A DNA stretch of 63,993 nt, filler included, from Dimargaris cristalligena (lineage: Eukaryota), in NCBI GenBank assembly GCA_003614675.1. It is 6 parts of 6 records of this genome, joined end to end, with 100 filler letters (N's around TTAATTAATTAA, not from the genome) between each part and the next. Parts side by side here need not be neighbours in the genome. Positions count along the whole stretch, not along the records: positions 53,686 to 63,993 come from ML003199.1; 5 more parts are not named here. One strand, 5' to 3'. How positions within the stretch are numbered: the stretch's first letter is position 1; every line of letters begins with the position of its first letter. The position numbers were made by a program, and so were the translations under genes. The notes under the pieces are model-generated. The model saw only the letters and a program-made list of their open reading frames with translations. It did not search any database and was not told the origin of the DNA. Below are positions 57,101 through 63,993 of this stretch, in pieces.

Positions 57101-59523
57101 TTGGTATGGGGGGACACTGCGGAGTCCACATCCGTCTGGTAAAACTCGGCCAGGAAGGTCCCGCCGCACTCTGGGCAAGTTGGTTCACCTGGCCCCAACG
57201 AGGTAGATGCCGCTGAAGTTGACCCAGCCGCACCAGAGTAGGCTGGCGCAATCCCGTTAAGCAAGGCTGAATTGGCGGGGGGTTCGATAAACCCTGACCA
57301 GGTGCAACTCAAGCACCGTGCCTGTTTGCACACCCGATGAGCCCACCCCGATCGCCAATTGCGCTGACAATGGGAGGCCAATGTCCCGATCAATGGGCCC
57401 ACTGCGGTCTGGGATACCCCACGCATGCCCGGCGGTGAATTGGGTGGGTAGGAACTGGCGTCCCAAGTCAGCTGAATCCGCTGGGGACTATCATAGGGAC
57501 TGGCTTTAAAATCGAGAATAAGCGACCGCACAATAACGGCCGCTTTCGATTGGTCCGTGGCTAACGGAGAAGACGTAGTTGTATCGGAGGGGGAATCCGC
57601 GACTAACTGGACCGTAAAATGAATCAAATGGTTAAGCAGATACCGAGAATGCACTTGAGGGATATCCGGGGCATTGTTTTTGGTATTTGTCCCCGATTGT
57701 GGTTCGGTACCCGACGGTACGTCTAGATTAGGTGGAAGTAGGATTTCCCATAGCTCCGAGTCGGGCATCGGGTCACCAGCACGAGCGTTGGTGCTAGAGG
57801 TGTGGAAGTTTGGGAGGCCATCGCCTTTGTGCTGAGTGGGGGTCTTTCTATTTGAGTGACCAGTGGTTAAAGATGGACTATCCACCCCCTGCCCATTCTC
57901 AGGTGATAGAGGTGGTGTAAATGCCCATATTCTCCTGACTGGGGCCAACGGTCCGTCTTTATGCAGAATAAACCGATGCTGGTTGGCAGCACCTTGGTAT
58001 TCGAAATGGCATAGCGTGGCCGTGGTGATTTCGGCATTGCTGGGATACATTAACGCGGGCTTCTCCGGGAATGTTGACGATGCCGATGGTACCGAACCAT
58101 CCTTAATCATCGAAGCCGCATCTGGCACGGGTGGATGGCCGCCAGGTTCAGTCGAATGACCTGTGGTGTGGCTTGCTTTCGCCGAATTGGACAGTGTTGG
58201 GCCCTCTCCACGGCCATTGGGCTCGGGTGATTTGGCCCGCCTTGTATCCGCCGGTGGGATTAGTGGAACCAGCTTCCGCTTGGGTTTTGCTTTGGGTTTA
58301 GGTATTGTCGGAAACAGAAAATCAGGTGGCCGGGGACTATCCCAAGCCACCGAGTCTCCACCATTGCCTATAGCGGTGTTAGTCAGCGAGCCCACCGACG
58401 TCGTGGCGGCGGCCGCAGGCAGGGCAACCCGAGATTCGGGCAAGTCATGGATATCACCGGACTGTGGCTGGTTATCCTCGGACTCGGGTTCCGAGCGTTG
58501 GGGATTATTCTGCATTTCGCAGAACACTTTCAACCAGGTGGATCCGGCTTGCCGTCGCATAGTCTCTACCCGCTGGCGAAAATGATGGACCGGGGTGGTA
58601 GCCGAGGAATGTACCGATCGTAAGGACCGACTGGAATCGGGGGATGGACAGCGCTGGTCTGGGTAGCCAAACACTGCCGTTGCCGTTGCGGGATTGGCCG
58701 AAGGGGAAGCCTCGCCTAGGGCCGAGCCAAACCGGGGTGACCACGGCGGTTCGGTATAACTAGCCGACCCCCAGTCGGAATACATGCTAGTGGGTCGCAT
58801 TAATGCGGAGGGGGAGACAGGGGCCGCACCACCGCCCACAATGGAATTGGCCCGGTGCGACCGATGCCGCTGCAAGGCAGACGGAATCTTGGGTCGTCTA
58901 GCGTTAGCCGACAGATCCCCCACCGCAGCCACGGGGGAAATGGCTGAGGAGGACGTAGCTATTGGGTTGTAGAAAGAGAGGCTCCGCGATTGGGCCATGT
59001 GTTGTTGCTGTTGTTCCAGTTCGGAACGTCGCATCACTGTTCGACGCGACCTCGGAGTATCGGTTAGCAAATTTGGGCGGTCTCCGCTAGAACTCCCACC
59101 GTCGCTATCAGCGACAAATATAGGGGTAGGCATACTCGATAGGGGCAGCGGGTGTGGTGGTAGACTGCTACTGCCTCCAGTCCCCGTTGAATGGTGGTCA
59201 ATGGAAGACGCCGAAAGAAGTGAACTGGCGAGGGCGGGGGGCTGGTTAAGCTCGGCGGACTTCCCGCTATTTTTGGCCGACAATAGGGGTGACCCAAACT
59301 TGCCCGGCAGCTGTTTAGTCATCGAAGCCCCTGCATTAGCCAGAGCGATGGCCCGGGGGAGAACGGCCTCCTCTTGACCGGCATGCCGGACCAGTTCGGC
59401 CTCTTCGGGTGGACCTCCCCTGCTCAGGGTAGTGTCAACTTCGGCGTCGGTAATTTGGGCCCAGCGGACCCGGTCTCGCCGTCGTATGGACTTCAACCGG
59501 CGGGTGGTTGGCAACTCAGACAT
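54115..59523 (-). CDS. Large (1802 aa) STK11IP/nischarin-like protein lacking the N-terminal LRR region
   Basis: Basic RRRDRVRWAQITD motif, FRQRVETMRRQAGSTWLKV helix, zinc-ribbon-like CLSC...CPECGG, and nischarin/STK11IP-like C-terminal PH-type motifs (FIATPSFIYLCDE, QYR, WQLFF). Long disordered S/P/T linkers. The coding call is secure; the family call is from remembered motifs. Confidence 0.65.
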   Translation of the reverse strand: MSELPTTRRLKSIRRRDRVRWAQITDAEVDTTLSRGGPPEEAELVRHAGQEEAVLPRAIALANAGASMTKQLPGKFGSPLLSAKNSGKSAELNQPPALASSLLSASSIDHHSTGTGGSSSLPPHPLPLSSMPTPIFVADSDGGSSSGDRPNLLTDTPRSRRTVMRRSELEQQQQHMAQSRSLSFYNPIATSSSAISPVAAVGDLSANARRPKIPSALQRHRSHRANSIVGGGAAPVSPSALMRPTSMYSDWGSASYTEPPWSPRFGSALGEASPSANPATATAVFGYPDQRCPSPDSSRSLRSVHSSATTPVHHFRQRVETMRRQAGSTWLKVFCEMQNNPQRSEPESEDNQPQSGDIHDLPESRVALPAAAATTSVGSLTNTAIGNGGDSVAWDSPRPPDFLFPTIPKPKAKPKRKLVPLIPPADTRRAKSPEPNGRGEGPTLSNSAKASHTTGHSTEPGGHPPVPDAASMIKDGSVPSASSTFPEKPALMYPSNAEITTATLCHFEYQGAANQHRFILHKDGPLAPVRRIWAFTPPLSPENGQGVDSPSLTTGHSNRKTPTQHKGDGLPNFHTSSTNARAGDPMPDSELWEILLPPNLDVPSGTEPQSGTNTKNNAPDIPQVHSRYLLNHLIHFTVQLVADSPSDTTTSSPLATDQSKAAVIVRSLILDFKASPYDSPQRIQLTWDASSYPPNSPPGMRGVSQTAVGPLIGTLASHCQRNWRSGWAHRVCKQARCLSCTWSGFIEPPANSALLNGIAPAYSGAAGSTSAASTSLGPGEPTCPECGGTFLAEFYQTDVDSAVSPHTNPMVDSSDGAEPENEPGVGYEYSGPTVVAIDGGDSPSATTTTAAAADGVFPRIAAPFTNLSQATFQAVSGLPNLAKTTLGAMLDPFGSAKGTLDARGRLLGATTQSVPSSPMKPKMRSLHQGDGSLDGLPPSLLGFQRSRLTNRSVSLNDNREDNTDDQPSSSPMTKSQWGAKDNKPFSHTNRQYSPATPIPYLEATIIPPMLADTMTSLSVSSPTSLPFQSITNFIRLYLQLEVFQEPEEKLILWIPTSFIPQAYPYYTPEISPETATTTAMAPKVSTGNQGSSRWNLLTSWAYSPLGGTHPMNPSMGTEPTSNSAPQPSAPPRSNQPWPTGLSQTCPTERPIFMVLSNYRIYMLTFNPGFYNTCHDLLRNGNTTTSETPSKSDPLHLLKQFWTQVDRQPSQYLRVLYAIDFDTVQRIDVGPNRQYLTFHFHLTTEEEGKTAAENGLKKSGHSSSSAPPTTATNTGSSIPTGQSWSGSAEAADGVLPASLLAAPPPPTAIPPASLTVLLRDRLICSDFLNSFVIQCYESEVHIVDRKVRVVNHDIEWAVHNLRGTVFLKPGMCSPSLAAGFPVVRGDNHHASGGGSDDHDMRLSRSDRVRLSRGLQSARAKHWIDPASGDCVIVDKVTFEFLKMYYLVGWAAPVDPSSPGHLGPLDSATNPHRPSTTTATTTPFRTTTFIATPSFIYLCDERHDIWPPAIPNLLTLYADMTNPSKPVVADVDDIKPVVVGQGNTRRPINGNAAGGAGHGQAQAAVAPRPSAIPTPTPQTMGAPKTKSKPTPSSSTSQLVVHRIPQYRPFHHVLPLQAIRRVYSGVCLLAPGVAALDPTANLKKHPTESIGGSTEPSLPPASEVSSTPATPNMATDDRQGHLPEPVTQSSPSHSNPPKSGDTEAWIHSQGGAGLYNPTQSMPDRAGVTAMGWTYWVTLEFEPDATAQDRKRTESKTASASISTSASAEPLLPPWQLFFTTTASATEFVESLRHLNLRNDVSFETF

Positions 59524-62500
59524 GCAATTACAATGGACAGAAAATAAAAAGAGATAATAATGGGTGTATTATGTATGTAAAAATAAATTAAGAGCCGAAT
59601 AAGCCAGGCTAGAGGTGTATAAAGTGAGTAAGTGAGAGAGAATTAAGTGGGGTGGAAAGGTACAATTCCCAATTCTTAGGGTTGAAGCTGAGATACGTAG
59701 CACAGCTGATGGGAGAGATTGCACCCGAGTCGAGAACGGGTAACCAGGTGGTACGAGTAGTCAATGAGAAAATACATAAAAAGGTCTTTGGGATACCAGC
59801 CGCTGGAAAACAGTAGGTTCGAAACACGTCAACAGAGTCTAAGAGTGACAAAACATGTTGCACCGCAGGAGGCGGCTATAGCTGCCCGCACTAAGTCTCC
59901 TTCTTGGACAAAGTATCAGGGGAGGTCATTGGAATTTACTGGCTACCAAAAAGGGGATTAGATAATAGTAATCGTCACTCCTCCCACCAATTGTTGGAAT
60001 CACGCCATATAAATATGCAACGCTAGTCGCCGAAGAGCGATATGGGTTGAGGAAAAAGAGTTCTGAGAAAAAGGATCTCGCTTGGTGTAGGTCTAACCTA
60101 CTTCAAAGGGACATGTTCCACAGGCATCATAAATACGAAACAATAACACAAGATAGGCTGAAGTGACAGGGAATCGGGGTTTGAACCACCACATCGCATC
60201 CATTATTCTATGCTATATTCCACCAAACGAGGAGAAAAGCAAGTAATACAGTGTGCATGCCATTCAAGAAGACAAGAACAAAGCGGTATTAATGTGCTAA
60301 AACTCGATGGCTAAAGGTAACTATTTGGTGTTTTTGTTTTAAAAAAGTAGGGGTAGTGACTAAAGTTGTCAGAATACCTAGCCGTCCTCACCGAACCCCA
60401 ATATCAATTGCTTCTTGACGGAGCAACGAATCAAGGCCGGAAAGATCATCGAATGAGCCCCGGTCGTGAAATCGGAACCCACAAACCTCCCTTTACGAAC
60501 GGCAGGTTGTCATTCCTCAACCAACTTTAGTCAACGGCTGTAAATTAATAATGGAGCAGCTTAGTTGTAGAAACTATTAACATGATCCTGTAAAGTACAG
60601 TCGATGAAGTTCATGGAGGTCCCGGGGCGCCCTCAATTTATACGCAGTGGCCCTGTAAATGGGGTTTGCTATGGTGGTAGTGGGATTAATGAAATAATGG
60701 CAAAATAATCATGTATACTCTATACTCAAGGTAGGACAGATCACCATCATACTGTAGCCACTGTTAGTATGGGGATAGCGAGAGTGTAGTAGTCTCACGG
60801 AGAAAAAAGTACACCCTACCATTACACCTATTTATTTTTTTACCACCACTGAAACAACGGTTGAAGGCAAATGTAGGAGGCCTTTCTCTTCTAGGTGTAT
60901 TGCTGTAACTTTAGCTATTAACAGCCTCCAAAAATATTGGTATATTTTTGCCCCATTTTTAACATAGCCCCGATAAAAAAGGTGACAGAATGGATCTTCG
61001 AAGGAATTTGTCGGTGGGACGATGGATGTATCTTGGCCTTACAAATGGCATGTTCAAAGAATAGAGAGTCATTCAATTTACTTTAGGGAACTATCACCAT
61101 GTTTGTAGAGCATTGGGACCATACGGCTCTATAGGCCTGCTATTCCAATCTAACGGATTGTGTTTACTCCAGGGAACATTACAGTTGGTAACCATATCGA
61201 AATACTATAAATGAGAATTAAACTGTGCATTTTTTTAAAGCGATATGTAGCGGAGTATATATGGGCGGAGTAATATGGTAGTGATAGGAGCGCTAGTAAA
61301 CTGGGGAGACGCCAATATGGTTAGTGGAGCATCCCGTATATGTAGTCGGCTCTGATTCTATCGCTTGCTGCTGCTAATGTCTGGTAAATGCGAGATTCAC
61401 ATCTGTTAAGTATAGGGGCCTTGAGATAGACCTGGTGAGGTGGGATGATACCATGTTCAGTAAGCCTTGGTCAACGATGGCAAGGGCTTACCAATTGTCT
61501 ATGATCAGGGTTTCTAAATGGCTGGGCACCTGGTTAAGTTGGTCCCTGGCCATGCTGTCCTCGGGGAAAGGTGAGGGCATGTCGGTATCAGCGGAATTAC
61601 GCCCAGCCATAGGGTTAGAAGTATCACCTATACTCTCTCTCTGGCTGCCTTTGCTACACGGGGGTTCTTTTTTCTCTTCTACCCATATCTAAGCGGCCAG
61701 GCTTCTGTCCCTCCTCATTATGGATTGAAATTGGTTAATAAATTATCGTAAAGGCAATAAAGACGAAGGAGGGATACATAATAGGGTATATCGAATAAAC
61801 GAATGATGGGGTAGGAACGGCCAAAGGGATGCGGCTCCTTCAATAGCGGAATTTCCACACCCTATTGATAGAACTAGGTAATGCTGGCACCAAGAGCCCT
61901 AAGATAAAATGGCTTTAATCCCATGGACCATTAGGCCCAATGCTCTCAATAGTTATAGTATTATATTGGTTCCCGATCTTCTTCCCTTCATCCCAATCCA
62001 GTTTTCTTTCCGAAGGGCGTTTGACTGTATCCCGAATTCCATTGTTGATTACATTAAACACCGCCAGGCTATTTATGGTCAAATTCGGAGCCCCATTAAA
62101 TAATTGACCATTTAAAACCTAGAGCTACTGATTTTCTAGAAATACATGGTGTGGTGGACTGGCCGTAACATACGGTGAAATAGTATAAACCATCCTAAAT
62201 TGACCACTGTTTTATATTATCAAGGAAGTCTATTTGGTTTGGCCATTTCACCTCTATAGACCAAGCAACCCTGCATCTAAAGGATGCGCGCCGAATTGGA
62301 ACATCCTAAAGAACGCAACAAATGGGATTGGCATCCTCAAATAGGCTACTGCACCCCTGGGATAAACCCAGGATTATTGGTGTGGAGCGGCGGTCCCTTC
62401 ATCCATTCACTTAGCCAACGAAAGACATATCCATATACCACACTACATCACCCCTTTCATGTGCAGTATGCATTGGCGTTCGCGGTTATATTTGGAGCCA

Positions 62501-63638
62501 GTCGTTCAGCTTTTTCGGGTTAGTTGTTCCTCAAATTGCAATGCATCCAGCCTAACAAGTGTACTGAACTCAACTATGCGGAATGCCCCTAAATTGCACC
62601 ACTAGACTATCTGGGCAATATAACGTTTGAAAAGGCTGGTGGCCATTCTCGCAAACATACTAACCATTGTCAACCAAGATGAACCGAACTATTATCAAGT
62701 TATATATACTGGTCATTTCGGTGAATAGGATTGGCAGGTACGCCCCCAAGAAAGGAAATAGAAGCGTCGATGTGGTGAATAGTTTGAAACGCAGAAGTTC
62801 GGCCCAGGGCCCTCTATAACATCGGGACAGTAACGAGTATCGCTCTACATACATATCCATCAATCTGGAATACTATCTAGACCTAAATACGGACGAGAAG
62901 TGTTCCATCAGATGCGCGATTAATGTACCGTGATTGACATTACCAGGCCGAGGACTGTCGGTAAATCAATTCGGCTCGGGATTTACAAGAATGGTGAGGT
63001 TTGAAGTCAAATCTTTTAACGGAGAGATGCAATGTGAAAATCCCAATTGTCTTATACCCCCCCCCAATTGAGTTTAAGCTATTGATAAGACCACGGGTAG
63101 TCGATTGTCGTTTATGTGGCAGTTAGTTAACGAGTGATTTTTAAACCAACCGAAATGCCAAACAACAAACCGGCCTGTACGACGATCCCCCTATCAAAAT
63201 ATCCTTTAATAGGATCTGTACATGGGTGGTGTTCACTCTCGACTGCTGCAGCATCCTTTAACGGGTATGATATACAGCTCGCGGATGCGCCGCATGTTCC
63301 AATGGCCTACAGATGTATTTGCTGCTTCCTAATAATCATGGGGATGGTCACTGCTCCCGGATTGGTACAGCCAATGGACGGAGGAGCATTCCACATCGGA
63401 AATAGTGATAACCCCTCTATTGGCCAGGGTGCCCACGAGGCCCGTTTGGTCAAAACAGAGAGCTATTTAAGCTAGCCGATTCCGCTCATTTAAGCCAGCA
63501 TATTTTTATTCCCTACCACCTTATAACTTATTCGACTCGATAGTATATAGGCTTATCGCCACTTCGATACACTTCACAGTGTTAGACTTCCTACGGTATT
63601 TCCCTTCAGCTCACTACCACCACTGCCTAGACAACAAC

Positions 63639-63993
63639 ATGCGTTTCATCACAAGTATAACGTTGTTCGCCGCCGGCCTATTGGGGGCATCCGCCCTGGC
63701 CATTTTCAACAACAACACCTGCTGTAACATTTACTGGGATGACCAGAAGCCCGAGGGGGAAAGAAATCCCGTTCGCCCTTTAATTTGGTGCGATCCCGCC
63801 GTCGACTATGCTGCGACGTGCCCCAAACCCACTACCGAAACCGAACCTAAGGTTGGCAGCGACAGCAATATCGACACCAGTACTGACCCCAGCAATGACA
63901 CCTGCTGTAACATCTACTGGGATGACCAGAAGCCCGAGGGGGAAAGAAACCCCGCTCGCCCTAGAATTTTCTGTGACCCCAACATTGACTATG
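63639..63993 (+). CDS. Secreted Cys-rich tandem-repeat protein (3' end beyond the window; absent from the ORF track)
   Basis: Signal peptide MRFITSITLFAAGLLGASALA, then a 183-nt (61-aa) repeat starting at 63717 and 63900: TCCNIYWDDQKPEGERNPxRPxIxCDPxxDY. ATG is in AACATG context and TATATA lies at ~63544. Confidence 0.88.
   Translation, partial: MRFITSITLFAAGLLGASALAIFNNNTCCNIYWDDQKPEGERNPVRPLIWCDPAVDYAATCPKPTTETEPKVGSDSNIDTSTDPSNDTCCNIYWDDQKPEGERNPARPRIFCDPNIDY

Noticed and set aside
61321..61520. Selenoprotein H-like reading (TLIIDN-U-CESRIYQTLAAA) if donor 61491 is spliced to the acceptor at ~61403
   Set aside because: Requires choosing one of several acceptors and gives UxxS rather than CxxU. 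It lacks the downstream GSFEV motif, stops after ~26 codons, and no SECIS was identified.
1..63993. CRISPR arrays, rRNA, prokaryotic operons or intact transposase/reverse-transcriptase genes
   Set aside because: None seen. The DNA is intron-containing fungal sequence with only non-coding TE remnants.

Overview
This is eukaryotic (fungal) genomic DNA, not a contiguous locus. It consists of six unrelated ~10.6-kb contigs (1-10654, 10755-21408, 21509-32143, 32244-42865, 42966-53585, 53686-end) joined by artificial 100-nt N44-TTAATTAATTAA-N44 linkers. Gene content and GT-AG introns suggest an early-diverging fungus (Zoopagomycota/Dimargaris-like is a guess). Well-supported genes are Dre2/anamorsin, an 8-exon alpha-actinin with a 13-nt microexon, soluble inorganic pyrophosphatase, a head-to-head pair of bestrophin-family (UPF0187) channels, mitochondrial ribosomal protein uL2m, a 6-exon PP4R1-like HEAT protein and an Atf1-like bZIP factor. 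There is also an LRR-less STK11IP/nischarin-like giant protein and a secreted Cys-rich tandem-repeat protein missed by the ORF track. Accessory DNA holds two complete solo LTRs with 5-bp TSDs, a MITE-like TIR family, two contig-end repeat families and several pseudogenes (mostly of secreted proteins). Highlights: (1) a probable CUG-initiated mitochondrial presequence on the pyrophosphatase; (2) kb-scale CpG-free tracts plus CAR->TAR nonsense changes, suggesting methylation-driven or RIP-like hypermutation; (3) the CC-X21-C-X9-C repeat protein; (4) the divergent bestrophin pair; (5) apparent fission of STK11IP. No database searches could be run, so family calls rest on remembered motifs.
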